A DNA stretch of 64,000 nucleotides from an uncultured Bacteroidales bacterium (lineage in GTDB: Bacteria; Bacteroidota; Bacteroidia; Bacteroidales; UBA10428). The notes beneath the pieces are model-generated. The model did not search any database. It was not told the origin of the DNA and saw only the letters and a list, made by a program, of their open reading frames with translations. Positions 11,201-19,390 of this stretch are shown here, one piece after another; the first letter of the stretch is position 1; each line of letters starts with the position of its first letter. Location: the NCBI GenBank assembly GCA_963752195.1, contig CAVVXI010000004.1, forward strand, positions 261,641 to 325,640. Reading direction: 5' to 3'. Position numbers and translations under genes: made by a program.

Positions 11201-11478
11201 ATGCATACATGCCAAATAAGGCCTTTATATATGATGCTTCCTACGTGAAACTTCGTGAGGTTGTACTTACCTATAACCTGCCTTCAAAACTGATGGCAAA
11301 GACCTTCATCGAAGCTGCTTCTTTGAGTTTTGTCGGTTCAAACCTCTGGATCATCAGCAAGAATCTTCCCTATGCCGATCCTGAAGCCAGCCAGGGAGCC
11401 GGTAACATCCAGGGATGGCAGAGTGGTGTCTTGCCTGCTACGCGAAATTATGGATTCAGTCTAAATCTTAAATTCTAA
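8203..11478 (+). CDS. SusC/RagA family TonB-linked outer membrane protein
   Basis: 1091 aa with a signal peptide, a carboxypeptidase-regulatory-like domain (IKGTVTTAEEGSPLPGAYVKIKGTNTGTASDFEGKY), a plug and a barrel with C-terminal F. A SusD-like gene follows. Confidence 0.92.
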   Translation: MKRITSLLVCLLLFGFSAIFAQDIQIKGTVTTAEEGSPLPGAYVKIKGTNTGTASDFEGKYQLTAPATATLVFSSIGYKDQEVALAGQSVLDVVMEADITQVDEVVVTALGISRERKSLGYATQEVTGDEISTVKSDNFINSLSGKVAGVNVKVNGNMGGSTNIVIRGSKSLTGNNQALFVIDGVPVDNSLTNNSGQTTGRSGYDYGNSAADINPNDIESINILKGAAASALYGARAANGVVMITTKKAASKAKGLGVTLSSNVTFAKIDKSTMPEYQNQYGGGYGPYYSVGAHPGLEEVDVNNDGTDDLMAPMYEDASYGEKFDPSLNVYQWDSFVPESKYFGQAHPWVASQHGPEDFFETGVTYNNSIAINGASDKSAFRLGYSNFNQSGIMPNGTLKKNNFDFNGSYKLKDNLKISASANYVNTMGKGRNSTGYSDNIMSSFRQWYQVNVDMNELRDLYNKTGRNVTWNRTYWDDPVPLYWDSPYWVRYKNYETDERNRLIGYAQVDYKANDWLSFMGRTAIDTYSELQEERKAVGSVSGELGVGRPTVTSGYSRYTRTFLETNIDLMANFHKNITEKFNITGILGTNFRRNKSDRVFSSTNGGLSVPEVYALSNSLAPMLPPEERLARIGMNGYFASVSLGYNNMFFLDGTYRIDQSSTLPKSNWTYKYPSVSGSFLFSELLDAHWLQLGKIRLNYAEVGNDAPWASVSDTYVPVTPFGTSMVSVGITKNNDKLKSERTKSIEAGLEMSMFQNRLSFDIALYKQNTVNQIMPVTISFATGYSSKYVNAGELQNKGIELHVTGVPVRLGDFQWDISLNFAKNQNEVVSLAKGIENLQIASLQGGVTINARKGEPYGAIQGTDYVYTNGQRTVRSNGHYMKSSTSDKILGNINPDWTGGVLNAFRFKDLSLSFLIDIQHGGDIFSLDQWYGQATGLYKESARINDLGNPIRDQVYTDYGDNTTPMTANPGGWVYEGVLADGSQNTNRIEAADYLFAGYAYMPNKAFIYDASYVKLREVVLTYNLPSKLMAKTFIEAASLSFVGSNLWIISKNLPYADPEASQGAGNIQGWQSGVLPATRNYGFSLNLKF

Positions 11479-11490
11479 TCTTTGAAAATT

Positions 11491-12948
11491 ATGAAAAACA
11501 AATATTTCATTTTATTGGTACTCATAGCCCTTTTTGCGGCCTGTACCGATAAATTTGAGGAATTCAACACGGATGTGAAGAATCCTGCTGTAGTAGCCGG
11601 TGAGCCGCTATTTTCCAATGCGCAGAAGGATATGGTTGACCAGATTTCCAGTACCAATGTCAACGAGAATGACTGGAAACTCTATGCCCAATACTGGACA
11701 GAAACCACCTATATAGATGAAGCCAACTATGACGTAGTGAACCGTACTGTTCCAGACTACCAGTTCCGCGCATATTACAGGGGCTTCTTACGCGACTTTC
11801 AGGAAGCAACCAAGATTATTACGGAATCAACGACGACCAGTGCAATAGGTGAGATTGAAAAGTCAAATAAGCTGAATATCATTGAATTAAATGTTTGCTA
11901 TGCCTACCAGGAACTGGTTGATATCTTTGGCGATATTCCTTATTCAGAGGCTATGGATGTTAGTAACATTTCCCCGGCATATGATAAAGCCGCTGATATT
12001 TATGCAGACCTTATCAACCGTGTAACGGCAGCTACTGCAGCATTGGATCCTTCACAGGGCAGCTTTGACGGAGCTGATATTGTTTATGGCGGCGACGTTG
12101 CATCCTGGATCAAATTTGGTAATTCCCTGAAAATAAAATTGGGTATCACCATAGCCGATGTTAATGAGAGTCTGGCCAAATCAACGATTGCATCCGGTAT
12201 TGACGGTGCATTTGAATCCCATGCGGATGATGCTCTGGTACATTATTTTGCTGCAAGTCCTAATTATAACCCGATCTTTGATGAACTGGTAGCCAGCGGC
12301 AGAAATGACTTTGTACCCGCAAATACCGTTGTGGATATTATGAATACCCTCGGAGATCCGAGACGCGCGGCTTATTTTGCACCAATGGATGATGGAAAAT
12401 ACCTCGGCGGACCTTATGGTTACACCTCACCGTATGCCAATTATTCGCACCTTTCAGCCTGGATACATGATCCGACATTTCCCGGTATTTTAATGACCTA
12501 TGATGAGGTTCAGTTCTACCTGGCTGAAGCCGCAGCAAGAGCATTTACTGTACCTGAAACCGCTGAAACATACTATAACAATGGTATCAAGGCTTCATTC
12601 GAATATTGGGGCTTATCAGCTGACGATGCTACAGCGTATCTTGCCAAACCTGAAGTAGCCTGGGCTACCGCAGCTGGCGACTGGAGACAGAAGATCGGCA
12701 CTCAGGCCTGGCTGTCTTTCTACACTCGCGGATTGCTTGGCTATACCGAATGGAGAAGATTGGATTACCCGATCTTCAATCTTGCAAAAACCATTACTGA
12801 TTACAATGAGATTCCAACAAGATTCACCTATCCGGTTAACGAGCAAACCCTGAATAAAGCTAATTACGAAGCAGCCTCCGCCAGTATCGGTGGTGATTCG
12901 CCTACAACCCGTTTATTCTGGGATACTCAGGCAGGAACTGGTAAGTAA
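11491..12948 (+). CDS. SusD-like outer membrane lipoprotein
   Basis: Lipobox LFAAC, position directly after SusC, SusD-like length and composition. The track start 11482 is TTG; the first ATG is 11491 (MKNKYFILL). Confidence 0.8.
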   Translation: MKNKYFILLVLIALFAACTDKFEEFNTDVKNPAVVAGEPLFSNAQKDMVDQISSTNVNENDWKLYAQYWTETTYIDEANYDVVNRTVPDYQFRAYYRGFLRDFQEATKIITESTTTSAIGEIEKSNKLNIIELNVCYAYQELVDIFGDIPYSEAMDVSNISPAYDKAADIYADLINRVTAATAALDPSQGSFDGADIVYGGDVASWIKFGNSLKIKLGITIADVNESLAKSTIASGIDGAFESHADDALVHYFAASPNYNPIFDELVASGRNDFVPANTVVDIMNTLGDPRRAAYFAPMDDGKYLGGPYGYTSPYANYSHLSAWIHDPTFPGILMTYDEVQFYLAEAAARAFTVPETAETYYNNGIKASFEYWGLSADDATAYLAKPEVAWATAAGDWRQKIGTQAWLSFYTRGLLGYTEWRRLDYPIFNLAKTITDYNEIPTRFTYPVNEQTLNKANYEAASASIGGDSPTTRLFWDTQAGTGK

Positions 12949-12973
12949 ACTTACTGTTATTCTTATACTTGAA

Positions 12974-13002
12974 CCCGGCAGCTCAAACTGCCGGGTTTTT
13001 TT
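12974..13002 (+). terminator. Rho-independent terminator after the SusD-like gene
   Basis: CCCGGCAG-ctcaaa-CTGCCGGG perfect 8-bp stem followed by a T7 tract. Confidence 0.85.
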
Positions 13003-13114
13003 GCACTTAATTCTTATGGACTTTTGAAATCTGTCTAACCCTGCAGATTCCTAAATGCAAATGATTATTCGCCGAATACTATGGGGCTGCTGGTATTTAT
13101 TTCATCCTATTCCT

Positions 13115-13122
13115 TATCTTTG
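13115..13122 (+). promoter_or_regulatory. Candidate -7 promoter box TATCTTTG for cysDN
   Basis: TAnnTTTG match 67 nt upstream of the cysD ATG. Confidence 0.35.
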
Positions 13123-13188
13123 CGATCTGGTAAATGAGACATCCAAAGCCAGATGTATTTTGCCAATTTCATTGTTTAAGAGATTTTT

Positions 13189-14094
13189 ATGGATAATTAC
13201 AACATCAACCACCTGAAAGAGCTGGAAGCGGAATCGATTTTCGTGATCCGGGAGGTGGCGGCACAGTTTGATAAACCCGCCATGTTATTCTCAGGCGGAA
13301 AAGATTCAATCGTAATGTATCACCTGGCCCGTAAAGCATTCTGGCCCATGAAGGTTCCATTCCCCCTGTTACATATCGATACCGGACATAATTTTCCGGA
13401 AACCCTTGATTTCAGGGATGAACTGATGGAGAAAACCGGTGGCCGCTGCATTGTCCGCCTGGTACAGGATAGCATAGACCAGGGAAAGGCTATTGAGGAA
13501 ACCGGCATCAATGCCAGCCGGAATATGCTGCAAACGGTTACACTACTCGATGCCATTGCCGAGTTCAAATTTGATGCGGCCATGGGCGGCGGAAGACGGG
13601 ATGAGGAAAAAGCCCGCGCCAAGGAACGGTTCTTTTCCCACCGCGATGAATTTGGCCAGTGGGACCCTAAAAACCAGCGTCCGGAATTATGGAACCTGTT
13701 TAACGGCCGGAAGAGAATGGGTGAACATTTCCGGGTTTTTCCCATCAGCAACTGGACTGAAATGGATGTATGGCAATATATTTATATGGACAATGTGGAT
13801 ATTCCTGCTTTATATTTTACACATCAGCGCGAAGTATTTAACCGTGACGGCGTTTTACTTGCTTCCGCCCCTTTTATGAAAATGAAACCGACTGAGCACA
13901 TTGAAAAACTGGATGTGCGGTGCAGGACGATTGGCGACATCACTTGCACGGGATTAACACTTTCACGTGCAAACAGTCTGGAAGATATCATCCTTGAGGT
14001 GGCTGCTTCCCGCACAACGGAAAGGGGAGGACGTTATGACGATAAACGCTCAGAATCCGCTATGGAAGACCGGAAGAAAGAAGGATATTTTTGA
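13189..14094 (+). CDS. cysD: Sulfate adenylyltransferase subunit 2
   Basis: 301 aa. PAPS-reductase/ATP-sulfurylase small-subunit motifs (MLFSGGKDSIVM, HIDTGHNFPE, GGGRRDEEKARAKERFFS, C-terminal KKEGYF). cysN lies downstream. Confidence 0.95.
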   Translation: MDNYNINHLKELEAESIFVIREVAAQFDKPAMLFSGGKDSIVMYHLARKAFWPMKVPFPLLHIDTGHNFPETLDFRDELMEKTGGRCIVRLVQDSIDQGKAIEETGINASRNMLQTVTLLDAIAEFKFDAAMGGGRRDEEKARAKERFFSHRDEFGQWDPKNQRPELWNLFNGRKRMGEHFRVFPISNWTEMDVWQYIYMDNVDIPALYFTHQREVFNRDGVLLASAPFMKMKPTEHIEKLDVRCRTIGDITCTGLTLSRANSLEDIILEVAASRTTERGGRYDDKRSESAMEDRKKEGYF

Positions 14095-14095
14095 G

Positions 14096-14127
14096 GAGGG
14101 ACAAGGGACGAGGGACGAGGGACGAGG
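14096..14127 (+). repeat. Heptad tandem repeat (GAGGGAC/AAGGGAC) x4.6
   Basis: Read directly: gagggac aagggac gagggac gagggac gagg, starting 2 nt after the cysD stop. G-rich on the sense strand. Confidence 0.95.
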
Positions 14128-14155
14128 AAAACCAAATCACAGGCATAAATCGTAC

Positions 14156-14176
14156 AGACAAGGCATTGCCTTGTCT
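14156..14176 (+). repeat. Near-perfect palindrome/hairpin AGACAAGGCA-t-TGCCTTGTCT
   Basis: 10-nt arms are exactly complementary, giving an effective 8-bp stem with a 5-nt loop. No T-tract follows. Confidence 0.85.
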
Positions 14177-14193
14177 CTACAACCTTCTTCCCT

Positions 14194-14249
14194 TACCGAA
14201 TACCGAATACCGAATACCGAATACCGAATACCGAATACCGAATACCGAT
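14194..14249 (+). repeat. Heptad tandem repeat (TACCGAA) x8
   Basis: Seven perfect TACCGAA units plus one TACCGAT, ending 21 nt before the cysN ATG. Confidence 0.95.
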
Positions 14250-14270
14250 TACTAACAACAGAATACCACT

Positions 14271-15551
14271 ATGACATCTCATCAGGAAAGACACAACGGA
14301 TACCTCGATATGGAATTGCTGCGATTTACCACCGCAGGCAGCGTGGATGACGGAAAAAGCACCCTTATCGGCCGGTTGTTGTATGACAGCAAGGCCATCT
14401 TTGAAGATCAGCTTGAGGCTCTTGAAAAAGCCAGCATAAACCGCGGGGAAGAACAGATCAACCTTTCCCTTCTTACGGACGGTCTTCGTGCGGAACGGGA
14501 ACAGGGGATTACAATCGATGTGGCCTACCGGTATTTTGCGACCCCCCGGCGAAAATTCATTATTGCCGATACCCCCGGTCATATACAATATACGAGGAAC
14601 ATGGTAACGGGAGCTTCTACGGCTAATGCCGCACTGATCCTGGTTGATGCGCGCAATGGAATCGTTGAACAAACCATCCGGCATTGTTTTATCGCTTCCC
14701 TGCTTCAGATTCCCCATGTGATTGTTTGTGTGAATAAGATGGACCTTGTAGGTTACAAGGAGGACGTTTTTGAAAAAATTCAGCATGATTTTAATAAGTT
14801 CTCAGATAAACTCGACATACGGGATATCTACTTTATTCCCATCAGTGCATTAAAAGGTGATAATGTGGTCGATCGTTCACAATTTATGAACTGGTACCAG
14901 GGTCCCACGCTGATGTACTCCCTGGAGCACCTGCATATCAGCAACGATCAGAATTTCATAGATCCCCGTTTTCCAGTTCAGTATATCGTAAGGCCTAACA
15001 GCGATGAATATCACGATTTCCGAGGCTATGCCGGCCGGGTAGCCGGGGGGGTGTTCCGCCCGGGCGAAAAAGTGGTCGTGCTTCCCTCGGGATTCACGAG
15101 CCGGATAAAATCCATTCACATGATGAATGAAACGCTTGAACTGGCTTTTCCTCCCCAGTCAGTAACCATCACTCTTGAAGATGACATTGATATCAGCAGA
15201 GGCGATATGATTGTAAAGGAAAACAATATGCCTCAGAAGGGCCAGGATATTACAGCGATGATCTGCTGGCTGAATGAGAAACCGATGCGTCCCGGTGCAA
15301 AATACTGGGTGAGGCACACCACGCGGGAAGCAAGATGCATCGTTCATGAGGTGAACTACAAAATAGACATAAACAGCCTGGGCAAAAATTACGACGACAA
15401 GAACATTGGTCTGAATGAAATTGCGGAAGTTACGCTCCGCACAACGCAGCCCTTATTTTTCGATTCATATCGGAAAAACAGGATTACCGGTTCGCTGGTG
15501 CTGGTGGATGAAGGTACGAACGAAACGATCTGCGCAGGGATGATTTTGTAG
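14271..15551 (+). CDS. cysN: Sulfate adenylyltransferase subunit 1 (GTPase, no APS-kinase domain)
   Basis: 426 aa. Translational-GTPase motifs GSVDDGKSTLIGRLL, DTPGH, NKMD. Adjacent to cysD. Confidence 0.93.
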   Translation: MTSHQERHNGYLDMELLRFTTAGSVDDGKSTLIGRLLYDSKAIFEDQLEALEKASINRGEEQINLSLLTDGLRAEREQGITIDVAYRYFATPRRKFIIADTPGHIQYTRNMVTGASTANAALILVDARNGIVEQTIRHCFIASLLQIPHVIVCVNKMDLVGYKEDVFEKIQHDFNKFSDKLDIRDIYFIPISALKGDNVVDRSQFMNWYQGPTLMYSLEHLHISNDQNFIDPRFPVQYIVRPNSDEYHDFRGYAGRVAGGVFRPGEKVVVLPSGFTSRIKSIHMMNETLELAFPPQSVTITLEDDIDISRGDMIVKENNMPQKGQDITAMICWLNEKPMRPGAKYWVRHTTREARCIVHEVNYKIDINSLGKNYDDKNIGLNEIAEVTLRTTQPLFFDSYRKNRITGSLVLVDEGTNETICAGMIL

Positions 15552-15552
15552 T

Positions 15553-15598
15553 CCGCGGGCCATGGGCCGCCGTGGGCCGCCGTGGGTTTTACCCACGG
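15553..15598 (+). repeat. GC-rich ~10-nt repeats (CATGGGCCGC/CGTGGGCCGC/CGTGGG) ending in a hairpin CCGTGGG-tttta-CCCACGG
   Basis: Read directly. Four GGG runs at 15557, 15564, 15574 and 15584, with a 7-bp stem at 15580-15598. Starts just after the cysN stop. Confidence 0.85.
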
Positions 15599-15610
15599 TT
15601 ATTAAGATCA

Positions 15611-15626
15611 GGCCCCTTCGGGGCCG
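15611..15626. terminator. GC hairpin GGCCCC-ttcg-GGGGCC between convergent cysN and the NlpC/P60 gene
   Basis: Perfect 6-bp GC stem with a UUCG-type tetraloop. No clear U-tract, so terminator function is inferred from position only. Confidence 0.45.
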
Positions 15627-15638
15627 AGAGCCTACAGC

Positions 15639-16452
15639 CTAACTCACAATCCTTCTCACTTCCTTTAACGAATGGGTATAGTCACCGCTTTCACGATTGA
15701 ATATGCCTTTTTCATCCAACAGGTCAATTCTTACCCATCCGGAACAATGGATGATTTGTTTATCCGCGAGAACCATTCCTACATGATTCACTTCGCCGGT
15801 ATCGTTGGAAAAGAAGGCAAGATCCCCGGGAACTGCATCTTTCAGCAACGGAATAAAACCACCCTCAAATACCTGCGGGCCGGTATCCCGCGGTAGGAAT
15901 TGCCCGTGAATCTTATATACCGTTTGTATGAAACCGGAACAATCAAAACCGAAAACCGATCTTCCACCCCATAAATAGGGGGTATTCATAAACTGCTGTG
16001 CTGTTTCAAAAATTTTTTGGGAAGGAGGAAGTAACAATTCGCCAATTAAAGGTCTGATTCTGAATTTTTGCTTTCCCATCATGAATTCCTGGTTCACTTT
16101 AATGTAATTTCGTAGACTGCTTCCCGCCGGAATAAGTTGTGTTGAACCGTCCGGCATTTCAATTTCACTGATTCTCGAATAAAGGACATTCGGCATAGGG
16201 TCTGTAATTCCTTCTTGCAACAGCCACTTCTCTGTAAAATTTCCGGTCTATCCAGCCAGTGAAATGATCAAATGACGTAGTTATTTTCAACCACTTATCC
16301 AAATTCCCATCCACCCTGTAATATTCGCCAAAGAGCAACTGGCTGGTCATTTCGGATTGTTCCTGCGGGGCTTTTCTTATAGGCACCACCGCCACCATGC
16401 ATACACCTGGTTTAACGCTGTGTTGAATAATATCGTGCAAAGATTTTGTCAT
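15639..16452 (-). pseudogene. NlpC/P60 (C40) peptidase with N-terminal SH3-like domain, interrupted by a frameshift
   Basis: Two overlapping ORFs: 16165-16452 is the SH3-like part (QLLFGEYYRVDGNLDKWLKITT...GWIDRKFY), and 15639-16220 is the C40 catalytic part (YLWGGRSVFGFDCSGFIQTVY...HVGMV). Together they make one normal-length protein if a single frame change near 16200-16235 is removed. Confidence 0.7.
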
Positions 16453-16587
16453 ACGGCATGAACTTCGGTAACTATATGTTGTTTAAAGGATATCAATAGA
16501 TTATTTTTCCTTATTTTGTACAAAGTTAACGTAAGCCAATACATTTTTTTCCTGAAGTACAAAATATAACCATTTGCCACAAAGATC

Positions 16588-18726
16588 ATGATTTTGAATT
16601 TCATACGTACCCACATCCGTTCAATTATCATCCTTTTCATTTTTGTTGTCACTTCTGTCATAATCATATACTTATTGCCGCATGAGGGCAAGTTCATGTA
16701 CGAATACCAGAAAGGCGGCTTCTGGAAACATGAAAGCCTGACGGCTCCTTTTAATTTTCCTGTAAACAAGACAAAGGCTGAAATCGATCGGGAACGTGAC
16801 TCGGTAATGCATGAATTTAAACCCATTTTTGTTTATGATAATAAAATAGGCCCTCAACGAATACAGGAAATGGAAGAGGACTTTACCGCCAGCTGGATTG
16901 AATATTCCATGGCGCTTTTTAAGATACCTTCACGCAACGAATATAAATCGAACCGGAAATATGAGATGAACCGCCAGCTGGAGGATGATTATCGGAATTA
17001 TATAGGATCTCTCTTACACGAAATATACCTGAAGGGAATTATAGATGCCGGCCCTCTTGAAGATAACGGACAGTTGAAATATTCAGATGTTACTGTTGTG
17101 AAAGGAAATGTTGCGGAAAACTATCCATTTTCAGAGTTGTATACTCCCAAAACAGCCTATGAATATACTACAACACGGTTAAAAAACAGTATACCAAAAA
17201 AAAACAGCCTTCTTGTACATAAATATAACCAATTCTTTCTTGATTTCCAGATCAATAATTACCTTTCGATCAATGTCACCTATGACGAAGAAAGATCCAC
17301 CAAAGTACACCAGGGCCTGCTTGAAAGCATTTCAAGCACCCGAGGTTTAATACAGGAGGGACAAGGAATTATTTCGAGGGGAGAGAACATTACGGATGAA
17401 AAATTTATGATCCTCGAATCTTTGAGGCAGGAGTATGAAAAAAACCTGGGTTCCATGGCCCGCCAGCTTGTAATCATTGGAAAGTTCATCCTGGTGTTTG
17501 CTTCGCTTATGGTAATATTCCTTTTTCTGAAAAGCTACAGAAAGGAAATATTGGAAAGTTACCGGAAGATTTTATTCATTTTGCTTACCATAGTTCTTAT
17601 GGTACTGGTGGCCAGTACGACCCTGAAATTCAACCTGGTTAGCATTTATTTACTTCCATTTGCCATACTGCCTATTATTCTAAAGACTTTCTTTGACTCA
17701 AGGCTGGCCCTTTTTGTCCATATAATAACCATTTTACTCGTCGGTTTCTTCGCTCCCAACAGTTTTGAATTCGTTTTTCTGAATGTGGTGGCCGGTATGG
17801 TGGCTATTATAAGCCTTACTAACGTTTACCGGCGTTCAAAGCTTGTGGTTACTTCCCTGTATGTGATTATGGCCTATTCCATAATTTACCTCGGAATTGC
17901 ACTGGTCCAGGAAGGCAGCCTGGCACGGATTGAATGGAAATATTTCCGGCTGTTTGGCGTAAATGGGATCCTGGTAATGATATCATATCCACTGATCTTT
18001 ATGTTTGAGAAAACATTCGGATTCATGTCTGACGCTACGCTCATGGAATTATCTGATACCAACCAGCCGCTGCTTCGCAAACTGGCGGAAGTTGCACCGG
18101 GTACCTTCCAGCATTCGTTGCAGGTGGCTAACCTCGCGGAAGATGCAGTATTCCAGGTTGGAGGGAATCCACTGCTTGTCAGGGCCGGTGCTCTTTACCA
18201 TGATATCGGCAAGATGGATGAACCGCTGTATTATATCGAAAACCAGACCTCTTCCATCAATCCCCACGATAACCTTGAATTTGAACAAAGCGCCCGTATC
18301 ATCATTGATCATGTGAGAAAAGGTGTGGATATGGCAAAAAAGAACAAGCTTCCGGAAGCTATCATTGAGTTTATCCGGTCGCATCATGGCACAACAACAG
18401 TGCAGTATTTCTATCGCTCCTATCTGAGAAAATACCCCGAAGCGGACGTGGATGTCAGGAAATTTTCCTATCCCGGACCACGACCAGGTTCCAGGGAGAC
18501 GGCTATTGTTATGATGGCTGATTCCGTAGAAGCCGCCTCACGAAGCCTTAAAGAAATTACCGAAAATACCCTGGATAAACTGGTTGATAGTATTATTGGC
18601 AATCAAATGACGGAAGAACAATACAATGATGCCCAGATCACATTCAAGGAAATCACCACCATCCGGGAAGTTTTTAAAAAACGCCTTCGTAATATATATC
18701 ACGCCCGTATCTCATACCCCACATAA
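16588..18726 (+). CDS. 7TM-receptor HD/HDIG phosphohydrolase (PgpH/YqfF-like)
   Basis: 712 aa. N-terminal extracytoplasmic region, a block of ~7 TM helices, and a C-terminal HD domain (HSLQVANLAE, YHDIGK, SHHG). Confidence 0.85.
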   Translation: MILNFIRTHIRSIIILFIFVVTSVIIIYLLPHEGKFMYEYQKGGFWKHESLTAPFNFPVNKTKAEIDRERDSVMHEFKPIFVYDNKIGPQRIQEMEEDFTASWIEYSMALFKIPSRNEYKSNRKYEMNRQLEDDYRNYIGSLLHEIYLKGIIDAGPLEDNGQLKYSDVTVVKGNVAENYPFSELYTPKTAYEYTTTRLKNSIPKKNSLLVHKYNQFFLDFQINNYLSINVTYDEERSTKVHQGLLESISSTRGLIQEGQGIISRGENITDEKFMILESLRQEYEKNLGSMARQLVIIGKFILVFASLMVIFLFLKSYRKEILESYRKILFILLTIVLMVLVASTTLKFNLVSIYLLPFAILPIILKTFFDSRLALFVHIITILLVGFFAPNSFEFVFLNVVAGMVAIISLTNVYRRSKLVVTSLYVIMAYSIIYLGIALVQEGSLARIEWKYFRLFGVNGILVMISYPLIFMFEKTFGFMSDATLMELSDTNQPLLRKLAEVAPGTFQHSLQVANLAEDAVFQVGGNPLLVRAGALYHDIGKMDEPLYYIENQTSSINPHDNLEFEQSARIIIDHVRKGVDMAKKNKLPEAIIEFIRSHHGTTTVQYFYRSYLRKYPEADVDVRKFSYPGPRPGSRETAIVMMADSVEAASRSLKEITENTLDKLVDSIIGNQMTEEQYNDAQITFKEITTIREVFKKRLRNIYHARISYPT

Positions 18727-18760
18727 AAAACCCCTTCCCGCCTCAGGCGAAAAGGGGTCT
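18725..18760. terminator. Bidirectional terminator-like hairpin
   Basis: CCCCTT..CGCC-tca-GGCG..AAGGGG with an A6 tract on the left (T6 on the minus strand). Lies between the convergent HD gene and the small lipoprotein gene. Confidence 0.6.
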
Positions 18761-18802
18761 ATTCTTTAATTTCTTCCCCTTGTATAGTTGATAATCAAAT
18801 GA

Positions 18803-18976
18803 TTACTGAACTACTGCTGCTGTATCTGCGGCAACTGTATCAGGAGTTGCCATAGGAGCTTCTTCTACTACGGTTGAATCAACTGCAGGAGCTTCAGCGG
18901 TTTTTGATTTGCAGGAACTTAGGGCAATAACACCAAAGAATGCGAAAGCAACAAAAACATAAGCTATCTTTTTCAT
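18803..18976 (-). CDS. Small (57 aa) lipoprotein
   Basis: Below the ORF-track size cut-off. MKKIAYVFVAFAFFGVIALSSCKSKTAEAPAVDSTVVEEAPMATPDTVAADTAAVVQ has a clear signal peptide and lipobox (LSSC), with a terminator hairpin ~45 nt downstream. Confidence 0.6.
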   Translation of the reverse strand: MKKIAYVFVAFAFFGVIALSSCKSKTAEAPAVDSTVVEEAPMATPDTVAADTAAVVQ

Positions 18977-19390
18977 TTTTTAAATTTTTGATGTGAATTA
19001 TAAGTTAATTAATCGCAGCAAAAATAGTAAATTAATTTATTTTACAATTTAATTTTTTTAGTTATTTGAATAATAGTGCATTAAAAATGCAATTTAACGG
19101 TTTACTTTTACTATATATTAACGAGTGTCAATTATTAAGTCAAAGAAAAACAATCTCTTACTAAAAATAACATGTTAACATACTTGTTAGTAAATATTAC
19201 TCCCCAATTTAGGATGATTTTATTCTGATTAAATGAATTCGCCTCTCTTTCGTTGCACTACCCCTTCACGGTAATATGGTATTAACAAAATTACTATTTC
19301 AGCGTTATGTATGATAAAAAAAGGGAGTCTTGTGAAAAAAAAGCAATATTTGCTTTTACTTCCAGTCTTTAGCGCTCTATTTCTTTTATC

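Noticed and set aside
13967-14786. ORFs 13967-14350 (+) and 14193-14786 (-), which span the cysD/cysN spacer.
   Set aside because: They read through the heptad arrays (TEYRIPN / GIRYSVF periodicity) and are out of frame or antisense to the strongly supported cysD and cysN genes.
8203-15551. Functional link between the second SusCD pair and cysDN (for example sulfated-substrate uptake).
   Set aside because: A strong terminator (12974-13002) and a separate candidate promoter (13115-13122) separate them, so adjacency alone is not evidence.
16449-16826. 125-aa minus-strand ORF, and the 61-aa ORF 16672-16857.
   Set aside because: They overlap the divergent promoter region and the 5' end of the well-supported HD-domain gene, with low-complexity sequence and no motifs.
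18977-19390. Riboswitch upstream of the TonB-dependent receptor (cobalamin or TPP).
   Set aside because: I looked for a B12 box (GCCACTG-like) and for TPP CTGAGA/ACCTGA cores and found neither. The region is just AT-rich.
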